A stretch of 64,000 bases of DNA. Origin: an uncultured delta proteobacterium (GTDB lineage: Bacteria; Desulfobacterota; Desulfobaccia; Desulfobaccales; 0-14-0-80-60-11). The translations under genes and the position numbers were made by a program. The stretch is from positions 201,063 to 265,062 of the forward strand of contig CAVPVR010000009.1 of the NCBI GenBank assembly GCA_963709285.1. Direction: 5' to 3'. Below, piece after piece: positions 41,936 to 49,778 of this stretch. Below the pieces are notes generated by a model. The model searched no databases. It had not been told where the DNA came from and saw only the letters and a program-made list of their open reading frames with translations. Each line of letters opens with the position of its first letter. The first letter of the stretch is position 1.

Positions 41936-43465
41936 ATGCCCAGCCAGTTGATTATCAGTGTGGCGCCCTGGGATGTGCGGGCGGCCCTGGTGGAGGATGG
42001 CCGCCTGGCGGAAATCTATGTGGCGCGACCCAGTCGACAGGATCCCACCGGCAACATTTATAAAGGCCGGGTGCTCCGGGTGCTCCCCGGGATGGCTGCC
42101 GCCTTCCTGGACGTGGGTCTGGAGCGACCCGGTTATCTCTTCGTTCAAGAAGCTGCCCCCTTCCTCAACGATATTCCCGAGTTTTGGCTCAAAGATGAAG
42201 AGGGTGACCTTTCGTTCCAGCCGCCGCTCCGGCTGCCCACGCCCCCCATTGCAGACCTGGTTGTCGAGGGCCAGGAACTGCTGGTCCAGGTTGGCCGGCC
42301 GCCCCTCGGGTCCAAAGGCGCCCGCCTCACCACCCACATCTCGCTGCCGGGCCGCTATCTGGTGTATCTCCCCACCGCCCCTCACCTGGCGGTTTCCCGT
42401 CGCCTGGCCCCCGAAGAGGAGCGGCAGCGGCTCAAGCATCTTCTGGAGGAGCTCAAGCCCCAGGAAGGTGGGCTTATTGCCCGAACCGCCAGCGGGGGGC
42501 AGGACCTTGACACCCTGGCCGCGGAAATGGAGGCTCTGGTGGCCTTGTGGAAAAAAATCCGCCAGAAACAGAATGCCGTCGCCGCTCCGGCACTCCTCTA
42601 CCAGGAACTGCCGGCGCTCCGCCGGCTGGTGCGGGAGCTCCTCTCCCTGGCGGTCACCCGTCTAGTGGTGGACGACCCCACCGCCTATGAAGAGATCGCC
42701 GCTTATCTGAAGCTGGAGCACCTGGACCGGACCCCCCTGGTGGAGCTCTACACCGGCCAAGAGCCCGTTTTTTCGAACTTTTACCTGGAGGAAGACTGGC
42801 GTCGCCTTCTCGCCCCCCAGGTCTGGTTGAAAAGCGGGGGCTATTTGATCATCGACACCACGGAGGCCTTGACCGCCATCGATGTCAACACCGGGCGTTT
42901 CACCGGCGGGCGGGACCTGCAAGAGACCATCCTGACCACTAATCTGGAAGCCGCCCGGGAAAGCGCCCGGCAAATCCGTCTGCGCAACCTGAGCGGCCTC
43001 ATCGTGGTGGACTTTATCGACCTGGAGACCCCGGCTCACCGGGAGCTGGTCTGCCGAACCTTCCAGGAATCTCTGCAAGGGGACCGGGCCAGGACCACGT
43101 TATACCCCATGTCGCCCCTGGGGCTGGTGGAAATGACCCGGCAGCGCTTGGGGGACAGCCTGGGGCAGGCGGTTACTGAGCCCTGCCCCTGCTGCCAGGG
43201 CCAGGGCGCGGTATTGTCGCCCCTGGTGGTGGCCCACGACATCCTGCGGCAGCTTGCCTGGGAGGCCCGGGAATTCTCTGGCTGCCTCCTCACCGTAACG
43301 GCCCACCCGGAGGTCATTGCTTTAGTCAAGACAGAAGGGGGAGATTTCTTCCAGGAACTCAAAGCAAACAAACAAATCCTGGTCCACCTCACCGAAGCCT
43401 CTCACCTTCCCCGGGGCCAGTTCGACATCACCCGGGAGTTGCATAAGGGTGGAGAAAAGGTGTAA
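41936..43465 (+). CDS. rng: Ribonuclease G / E-family endoribonuclease
   Basis: The ORF opens at 41885; ATG 41936 is likely. S1-like GNIYKGRVLRVLPGMAAAFLDVGLERPGYL, and the catalytic core IIDTTEALTAIDVNTGRF and LSGLIVVDFID. Confidence 0.88.
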   Translation: MPSQLIISVAPWDVRAALVEDGRLAEIYVARPSRQDPTGNIYKGRVLRVLPGMAAAFLDVGLERPGYLFVQEAAPFLNDIPEFWLKDEEGDLSFQPPLRLPTPPIADLVVEGQELLVQVGRPPLGSKGARLTTHISLPGRYLVYLPTAPHLAVSRRLAPEEERQRLKHLLEELKPQEGGLIARTASGGQDLDTLAAEMEALVALWKKIRQKQNAVAAPALLYQELPALRRLVRELLSLAVTRLVVDDPTAYEEIAAYLKLEHLDRTPLVELYTGQEPVFSNFYLEEDWRRLLAPQVWLKSGGYLIIDTTEALTAIDVNTGRFTGGRDLQETILTTNLEAARESARQIRLRNLSGLIVVDFIDLETPAHRELVCRTFQESLQGDRARTTLYPMSPLGLVEMTRQRLGDSLGQAVTEPCPCCQGQGAVLSPLVVAHDILRQLAWEAREFSGCLLTVTAHPEVIALVKTEGGDFFQELKANKQILVHLTEASHLPRGQFDITRELHKGGEKV

Positions 43466-43496
43466 AGATTGTAGGGGGAAAGATGCGGTATGCCAT

Positions 43497-43678
43497 TTTG
43501 GGGGGAGGGCCAGGGACCTGAGGTCCTTCGCCTTCCCATCCCCCTTTCCACCAAACCTTTGCCCGGGAGAACAGGCATCCTGCCTGTTCCTGCACAGGCT
43601 GGAAGCCTGTGCTCCCGCTTAATGTAAGGGCTTGGGGGAGGGGGTAAGGGGCTTCGCTCCTTAGCCCCCTCCCCCAAC
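43497..43678. repeat. Compound repeat: family G, family C and family G units
   Basis: GGGGGGAGGGCCAGGGACCTGAGGTCC..., then ACAGGCATCCTGCCTGTTCCTGCACAGGCTGGAAGCCTGTGC, then TTGGGGGAGGGGGTAAGGGGCTTCGCTCCTTAGCCCCCTCCCCCAA. Confidence 0.82.
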
Positions 43679-43700
43679 TCTCTCTTCACAAGGCATTCCT

Positions 43701-45620
43701 ATGGCGCTGGCACCGATAATTTTAGGAACTGCGGGTCATATTGATCACGGCAAAAGTTCTCTTATCAAGACCTTAACCGGCATCGACCCGGACCGCCTCA
43801 AGGAGGAAAAGCTCCGGGGCATCACCATCGAACTGGGCTTTGCCTCCCTCACTCTCCCCACCGGGCAGTTGCTGGGCATCGTGGATGTGCCTGGCCACGA
43901 ACGCTTTGTGCGTCACATGGTGGCCGGGGCCACGGGCATGGACCTGGTGGCCTTGGTCATCGCGGCGGACGAAGGGGTCATGCCCCAGACCCGGGAGCAC
44001 CTGGAAATCTGTGAGCTTCTCAAGGTCAAGCAGGGCCTGGTGGTTCTCACCAAGGCCGACCTGGTGGAGTCCGACTGGCTGGATCTGGTGGAGGAGGAAA
44101 TCCGGGAGGCCCTGGTGGGCACCTTCCTGGAAGGGGCTCCCATTGTGCGGTTTTCCGCGGTCACCGGGGAGGGCACGGAAACACTGCTGGGCACTCTGGG
44201 GGAGCTGGCGGCCCAGGTGCCCCCCAAACCCGCCAGCGGCATCTTTCGCCTGCCTGTGGACCGGGTTTTCACCATCAAAGGTTTCGGCACCGTGGTCACC
44301 GGCACGGCCATCACCGGCCGCCTCAAGGTAGGTGACGCGGTCATGGTGTATCCGCCGCTCTACAAGGCCCGGGTCCGGAGCCTGCAGATGCACGGGGCCT
44401 CAGTAGAGGAACTTTTGGCCGGCAGCCGAGCCGCAGTCAACCTCCAGGGCCTGGAAAAGGAAGAGATGGAGCGGGGCATGGTGGTGGCCACCCCCGGCGC
44501 CCTCATCCCCTCCCGCCGCCTGGACGTCTTTCTCGAGGTTCTGGAAAGCGCCCCCCGCCCCCTGAAGCACCGCCAGACGGTGCGCTTTCACACCGGCACC
44601 AGCGAGCGCTTGTCGGTGCCCTTGCTCCTGGATGCCGACGAAGTGCCCCCGGGGTCCTCGGGCTACGTGCAGTTTATCCTCCGGGATGCCGTGGCCGTGA
44701 AGCCCGGGGACCGCTTTGTCATCCGCAACCTCTCCCCGGCCGTCACCTGGGGCGGCGGCCAGATCCTCCACGTCAATCCAACCCGCCACAAACGCCACCA
44801 GGAAGGGGTCCTCTCTGGACTGCAGACCCTCGAACAAGGCGCCCCCGAAGAGCAGGTCCGGTTTTATCTGGAAGAGGCCGGCCCCGCCGGCCGCAGCCGT
44901 TCGGCCCTGGCGGCCATGCTCCCCTGGGAACCCACAGATTTAGCGAACCTATTAAATGCCCTGGTCCAAAGAGGCGAGGCCCTGCTCTACGACCCGGAAA
45001 ACCAGCGGTATATCCTCACGGATACAGCCCGGGCCTTGGAAGAGGAGATCCACCGGCATCTCAAGGCCTATCACCAGAAAAACCCCTTAAAGCCGGGCCT
45101 TTCCAAGGAAGAACTGCGCCGCAAGCTGCCGCCCCAAATGGAGGTGCGCCTCTTCAATGACCTGCTAGGTCGCCTGGCCCAGCAAAAGCAGGTGGCCCTG
45201 GAAAAAGACCTGGTGCGTCTGGCCAGCCACCGGGTGCAGTTGGCCACCGACCAGGAGGACGTGACCCGCCGGTTGGCAGCCCTTTACCAGCGCGGGCGAC
45301 TTTCTCCCCCCACCTTGAAGGAAGTGGAGGCGGCCCTCAAGCTTCCCCTGGCCAAACTCCAGCCCCTCCTCGCCGTCCTGGTGAACCAGGGGAGCCTGGT
45401 CAAGGTGAAAGAAGACCTCTACTTTCATACCGAGGCCGTGGCCCAACTCAAAGCCGCGTTGGTGGACTTCTTGAAGAAGAACGGGGAAATCTCCGTCCCG
45501 CAGTTTAAAGACCTGACCCAGACCTCCCGGAAATTTACCATTCCGCTCTTGGAACATTTCGACACCAACCGGGTGACGGTCCGGGTGGGGGAAGCCAGGC
45601 GCCTGCGAGAGGGAGTGTAA
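43701..45620 (+). CDS. selB: Selenocysteine-specific translation elongation factor
   Basis: 639 aa. [27 protein letters not shown] and TKADL G-domain motifs, followed by a long C-terminal winged-helix extension typical of SelB. Confidence 0.9.
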   Translation: MALAPIILGTAGHIDHGKSSLIKTLTGIDPDRLKEEKLRGITIELGFASLTLPTGQLLGIVDVPGHERFVRHMVAGATGMDLVALVIAADEGVMPQTREHLEICELLKVKQGLVVLTKADLVESDWLDLVEEEIREALVGTFLEGAPIVRFSAVTGEGTETLLGTLGELAAQVPPKPASGIFRLPVDRVFTIKGFGTVVTGTAITGRLKVGDAVMVYPPLYKARVRSLQMHGASVEELLAGSRAAVNLQGLEKEEMERGMVVATPGALIPSRRLDVFLEVLESAPRPLKHRQTVRFHTGTSERLSVPLLLDADEVPPGSSGYVQFILRDAVAVKPGDRFVIRNLSPAVTWGGGQILHVNPTRHKRHQEGVLSGLQTLEQGAPEEQVRFYLEEAGPAGRSRSALAAMLPWEPTDLANLLNALVQRGEALLYDPENQRYILTDTARALEEEIHRHLKAYHQKNPLKPGLSKEELRRKLPPQMEVRLFNDLLGRLAQQKQVALEKDLVRLASHRVQLATDQEDVTRRLAALYQRGRLSPPTLKEVEAALKLPLAKLQPLLAVLVNQGSLVKVKEDLYFHTEAVAQLKAALVDFLKKNGEISVPQFKDLTQTSRKFTIPLLEHFDTNRVTVRVGEARRLREGV

Positions 45621-45721
45621 TACCAGGGTTCATTCAAGGGGTAATTTTTGGTAGCCGCAGCCGGCGCTGCCCCGGCTAACCGCCGCAGCCACCTGTTGAT
45701 GACGATGTGGCTTAAAGAGGG

Positions 45722-45762
45722 CAGGGGTGGGCCGGGGGTCGCGGACCCCGGCCCAAGTTCTT
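45722..45762. repeat. G/C-tract palindrome (REP family G, short)
   Basis: GGGCAGGGGTGGGCCGGGGGTCGCGGACCCCGGCCC. Confidence 0.6.
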
Positions 45763-45982
45763 CAGAGTTACCCCGGTCTGATAAACAATAATACCACGCC
45801 TATCATCCAGATATCGCCACTACTTCCAAACTGCAGATATGACCAGTTATCAATAAAGACGGACTACATTTTTTCCTTGTGTATCTTTTCCAATTTTACA
45901 AAGCTTGAGCCTAGACTTATACTAAGTTGCGTTCTAATGAGTAATATGATAGACTGCTCCAAAAATTATCAAGGGGGCAGTC

Positions 45983-46489
45983 ATGGGAAAAGTTACCAAG
46001 AGTATCCCCCACCTTTCCAAGGAAGAAATTCAGGCAAAAATTAAAGCAACGGTGGGGTTTTGGCGAGTGCAAAAATGGCTGGTTATTTGGAATGCCCTGG
46101 TTGATCCTCGCTCTGCCGGGGAAATTGCTTTGCATACCGGACTTGCGGAGCAATCGGTTCATAATCTGATTTCCAGATATAATCGCTGGGGGCCGGAAGC
46201 GGTGGAGGGACCCGGGAAGGGTGGACGGCGCCGCTCCTATTTAAGCTGGGACGAAGAGACTGCCTTTATAGAATCATTCAGGCAGATGGCGCTTACCGGC
46301 CAGATTGTTACCGTAGCAGAAATCAAGGAGGCTTTGGAAAGACGGATCGGTCGAACAGTCCACAAGACCACCGTCTATCGGTTACTTAAACGGCAGGGTT
46401 GGCGGAAAGTGGTGCCCCGGCCGTTCCATGTCGATGCCGATAAAGAGGAGCAGGAGGCTTTTAAAAAAACTTCCCGAAATAATGGCTGA
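45983..46489 (+). CDS. IS630-family transposase, N-terminal HTH part (orfA)
   Basis: 168 aa. Helix-turn-helix regions and ...VYRLLKRQGWRKV. The ORF ends shortly after an A7 run (46463-46469). Confidence 0.85.
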   Translation: MGKVTKSIPHLSKEEIQAKIKATVGFWRVQKWLVIWNALVDPRSAGEIALHTGLAEQSVHNLISRYNRWGPEAVEGPGKGGRRRSYLSWDEETAFIESFRQMALTGQIVTVAEIKEALERRIGRTVHKTTVYRLLKRQGWRKVVPRPFHVDADKEEQEAFKKTSRNNG

Positions 46490-47042
46490 AAAACTGGCCG
46501 ACAGAGCCCCGGAAGATCATCGTCCGGTGTTACTCTTTGCTCAAGACGAGGGACGCTTTGGCCGCATCAGTGATGTCAGGCGCGCCTGGTCGCCTCTGGG
46601 GACGAGGCCGCAAGCGCCCCGGCAGGTTATTAGAACTTATCTCTATGTCTTCACAGCGGTGTGCCCGGCATTGGGGAGAATGACCTCCCTCATCTTGCCT
46701 TGGGCCAATACGGAGATGATGAATATCTTCTTGAGGCAGGTGGCGGAGGATTTTCCGGATTATTTTATCCTCATGCTGGTAGATCAGGCCGGGTGGCATA
46801 TCTCCCGGAGATTGGAGGTACCCGAAAATATTAGGCTGATCAAGTTGCCTCCGCGCAGCCCAGAGTTGAATCCTTCCGAACATATTTGGGAGGAGTTACG
46901 GGAGAAGAATTTTGCCAACAAGGCGTTAAGGGATCTTGATGAGGTAGAGGACAACCTCTGTCAGGGTCTGAACAATCTTGCCAAAGACCCGAAAAAACTT
47001 CGTTCGATGACAAACTTCCCCTACCTTAATATTACTTGTTAG
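46428..47042 (+). CDS. IS630-family transposase, DDE catalytic part (orfB)
   Basis: FAQDEGRFG, LVDQAGWH and PPRSPELNPSEHIWEELR form the DD(35)E triad context. It lies in the +1 frame relative to orfA; dropping one A from the A7 run fuses them as ...EAFKKLPEIMAEKLADR. Confidence 0.87.
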   Translation: MSMPIKRSRRLLKKLPEIMAEKLADRAPEDHRPVLLFAQDEGRFGRISDVRRAWSPLGTRPQAPRQVIRTYLYVFTAVCPALGRMTSLILPWANTEMMNIFLRQVAEDFPDYFILMLVDQAGWHISRRLEVPENIRLIKLPPRSPELNPSEHIWEELREKNFANKALRDLDEVEDNLCQGLNNLAKDPKKLRSMTNFPYLNITC

Positions 47043-47193
47043 ATTGCATCTTGGTATTATCCTCCCTCAGAGCCCGATCTAATAATAAATTCAGCTTTCC
47101 ATTTGCGCCATTCTGGCTGAACCAGATAAGTCTCTTATTTTCCTAATAATATATTACAAAAAACCGTGATTATTACGAACATATAGTCAAAAG

Positions 47194-47213
47194 TGACCAT
47201 ATCTAATTGGTCA
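47194..47213 (+). promoter_or_regulatory. 20-bp palindromic operator TGACCA-N8-TGGTCA, copy A
   Basis: TGACCATATCTAATTGGTCA, followed after exactly 10 nt by TAGAAT (47224-47229). Same architecture at 49081 and 56194. Confidence 0.7.
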
Positions 47214-47315
47214 ACTCGTTCTATAGAATTCCTTTCCTTCGTTCGTTAATATTTGTGCTTTAATTGATTCAAACCTGGATCTGATCATAGAGTTCTGCTC
47301 ACAAGCTGAGAACCT

Positions 47316-47426
47316 ATGAATGCTTATCTCGTGGCCGGTGGTATTTTCCAAGCTATTAACTTCCCAGTATCGACCTGGAAAATAGAAAAAAGTCAGCATG
47401 ACCATCACAGTGGAGAAAATAGATGA
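47316..47426 (+). CDS. 36-codon ORF translationally coupled to the radical SAM gene (candidate leader or precursor peptide)
   Basis: Encodes MNAYLVAGGIFQAINFPVSTWKIEKSQHDHHSGENR. TGA 47424-47426 overlaps ATG 47423. The first 11 residues and flanking DNA are conserved with the start of ORF 49201..49560. Too short for the ORF track. Confidence 0.45.
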   Translation: MNAYLVAGGIFQAINFPVSTWKIEKSQHDHHSGENR

Positions 47427-49015
47427 AGGCCCTGTTCATTTACCCTGAATTTCCGGAAACCTTCTGGAGTCTCCGGCATGCCATCAAGTTCCTCGGGGTC
47501 AAGGCTCTTGGTCCGCCCCTGGCTCTCCTCACCGTGGCCGCCATGCTGCCCCCGGATTGGGACAAGCAACTGGTGGACCTGAATGTGGAGCCGCTGACGG
47601 AGGAACACCTGGCCTGGGCTGACCTGGCTTTTGTCAGCGCCATGACCGTCCAGTTTCCCTCGGCGGACACCGTCGTCCAGCGCTGCCGGGCTGCGGGCGT
47701 CAAAGTCTGCGCCGGGGGAGTCCATTATAGCACCCCGGGGGCGCCGTTCGAGCCGGTGGATCACCTCTTCATCGGCGAAGCGGAAGAGGTCCTGCCAATC
47801 TTCCTGGCGGACCTGGCCCAGGGCCAGGCGTTGCCGGAATACCGGGCTTCCCGCTTTCCAAGTCTGGCCTGCTCGCCGGTGCCGGCCTGGGAGCTTCTTG
47901 ACCATTCTCATTATATGAACATGCTGGTCCAGGTGTGCCGGGGTTGTCCCCACGACTGCGACTTTTGCCACGTCATCGTGCAATATGGCCGCCACCCCCG
48001 TTACAAAGAACCGGACCAGGTCGTGGCCGAGCTCCAGGGGCTCTATGACTCAGGGTGGCGGAGGGATATTACCTTTGCCGACGACAATTTTATCTGTCAT
48101 CATGGCAAAGCCAAGGCCATCCTGCGAGCCGTGAGTCGCTGGCAAGCCGAACACGGCTACCCCTTCCTGTTCGTGGCCCAAGCCAGCCTCGAAGTAGTGG
48201 ACGATCCGGAGTTATTGCCTCTCATGGCCCAGGCGGGTTTTTCGGGGCTGTTCCTGGGGATCGAAACCCCAGACCCTGTTTCGCTAAAGGAATGTAATAA
48301 GCGCCAAAACCTGAACCGGGACCTGATGGACGCCATGCGGACCATACAGGCCCATGGCATTGAAGTCAGCGGCGGGTTCATCGTGGGCTTTGACTCGGAC
48401 TCCCCCGACGTCTTCGACCATCAGGCGGATTTTATCGAAGAAGCCGCCATCCCCACGGCCATGATCAATCTGCTGACCGCTCCCCCCGGCACCCGCCTGT
48501 ATCGGCGCTTGGAGTCAGAAGGACGCCTTCTGGGCGACAGTGATGGGGACACCACCATGAATGCTGGCTGCCTGAACTTCATACCCAAGATGGAGCGGGA
48601 GCGCTTGCTGGATGGTTACAAGACCCTCCTGAATCGGCTTTTTGCGCCCAAGCCGTTCTATCACCGAGTCCTTACCTTCCTGGGGCATTACCGCCCCAAC
48701 CCCCTCCTGCCGGCCCGCCCCCCCACCCACCGGGAAGTGCTGGCGGTTTTGAAAATCATCTTTGCCTTGGGCTTCAAAGAACCGGGCCGACGGGCCTTCT
48801 GGTCTTTCCTGGGGCGTCTCCTCTGGCGTCATCCCCAATGTTTCCCTCTCGGAATAACCATCGCTGTACAGGGGTTCCATTACCGCATGATAACCAACCG
48901 GTTCTGTGCGGCACCCTATGAACCGGCCCCTGGGATGCTCGCGGTGGCTAACCTCCAGAAAGAACCCTTTTCCCACCCAGACCAGCAACAAGAGTTAACC
49001 GAGGTCACCGCGTGA
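47423..49015 (+). CDS. B12-binding-domain radical SAM enzyme with DUF4070-like C-terminal region
   Basis: 530 aa. N-terminal Rossmann-like LALLTVAAMLPPDW...DLAFVSAM. Cluster VCRGCPHDCDFCHV. GLFLGIETPD. Long helical C-terminus. GGAG RBS at 47411. Confidence 0.82.
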   Translation: MKALFIYPEFPETFWSLRHAIKFLGVKALGPPLALLTVAAMLPPDWDKQLVDLNVEPLTEEHLAWADLAFVSAMTVQFPSADTVVQRCRAAGVKVCAGGVHYSTPGAPFEPVDHLFIGEAEEVLPIFLADLAQGQALPEYRASRFPSLACSPVPAWELLDHSHYMNMLVQVCRGCPHDCDFCHVIVQYGRHPRYKEPDQVVAELQGLYDSGWRRDITFADDNFICHHGKAKAILRAVSRWQAEHGYPFLFVAQASLEVVDDPELLPLMAQAGFSGLFLGIETPDPVSLKECNKRQNLNRDLMDAMRTIQAHGIEVSGGFIVGFDSDSPDVFDHQADFIEEAAIPTAMINLLTAPPGTRLYRRLESEGRLLGDSDGDTTMNAGCLNFIPKMERERLLDGYKTLLNRLFAPKPFYHRVLTFLGHYRPNPLLPARPPTHREVLAVLKIIFALGFKEPGRRAFWSFLGRLLWRHPQCFPLGITIAVQGFHYRMITNRFCAAPYEPAPGMLAVANLQKEPFSHPDQQQELTEVTA

Positions 49016-49080
49016 GAGTCTTAAGGTGATCCAGTGCCGGGAGGGACACCTTGTGATTCCTAAAATCATTTAGTCAAAAG

Positions 49081-49100
49081 TGACCATATCAAAATGGTCA
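49081..49100 (+). promoter_or_regulatory. 20-bp palindromic operator TGACCA-N8-TGGTCA, copy B
   Basis: TGACCATATCAAAATGGTCA, then 10 nt, then TAGAAT (49111-49116). Upstream of ORF 49201. Confidence 0.7.
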
Positions 49101-49200
49101 ACACGTCCCATAGAATTCCCTCCCTTTTTTTCCTCATAATAAGGCTCTTCTTTAGAACTCAAACCTGAGTTTGAATATCTGCTTCGAAAGTTGAGAACCT

Positions 49201-49560
49201 ATGACCACATATCTCGTGGCCGGCGGCATTTTCCCAGGCCGACAAGGTGAAGAGAGGTTCACTCTGGTGTGCCCGAGCTCAGAGGAACTGCCCTACGTTT
49301 TTGAAGACGGTGTGATGTCCTATTTCAAGCTGATATGGCAACACGCCCACCTATACCGGGTGGAGGACGATTACACTCTTGCCCTGAGGGCTTTTTCACC
49401 TGAAGCAATTCATTGGGGCGTAAAGGCACCTGAAAGGGTCACGCCTGACACAGACTTGCTGGAAAAGTTACGAGCCGTTCTGCAACCCTGCCAAACCGGT
49501 TTGAAACCGAATGGGACTAAGATTGTAAAATCAATAGGATCAGATCACTGTCTCGACTAG
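49201..49560 (+). CDS. Hypothetical protein sharing its N-terminus with the 36-codon ORF
   Basis: 119 aa. MTTYLVAGGIFPGRQGEERF... No family recognised. Same upstream cassette as at 47165-47350. Confidence 0.6.
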   Translation: MTTYLVAGGIFPGRQGEERFTLVCPSSEELPYVFEDGVMSYFKLIWQHAHLYRVEDDYTLALRAFSPEAIHWGVKAPERVTPDTDLLEKLRAVLQPCQTGLKPNGTKIVKSIGSDHCLD

Positions 49561-49778
49561 TAACTTATCAACCCGCTGGAAGTTCAACTGAGTCAATACC
49601 TGGCAACTCTTCTTGGTCTGAGCCTTAATCCAAATTCTTCCCTTAATTTTCTGCATCCCCTCCCCCCCATACCCTCCTCAGGATGAGACCTGGTTAGGCC
49701 AGCCAACAAAATATTTTCCATTTTTCAGAATTTGCACTACAGTTGGTAGAAGAGTACAAGGCTCGGAGAGGTTAAATT

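Larger units (their letters stand above)
45918..47059 (+). mobile_element. IS630/Tc1-mariner-family insertion sequence (about 1.14 kb)
   Basis: Imperfect terminal inverted repeats: TACTAAGTTGCGTTCTAATGAGTAATAT (from 45920), and the reverse complement of ...ATATTACTTGTTAGATTGCATCTTGGTA (ending at 47056). TA-containing flanks. AT-rich relative to surroundings. Boundaries are good to about 2 bp. Confidence 0.8.

Noticed and set aside
45621-45982. Expectation of selA, a tRNA-Sec gene (selC) or a SECIS-bearing gene next to selB.
   Set aside because: I recognised no tRNA-like sequence (acceptor/T-arm pattern) in any spacer of the window. I also saw no gene with an in-frame TGA flanked by homologous halves. 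The region after selB holds only a REP unit and the IS630 element.
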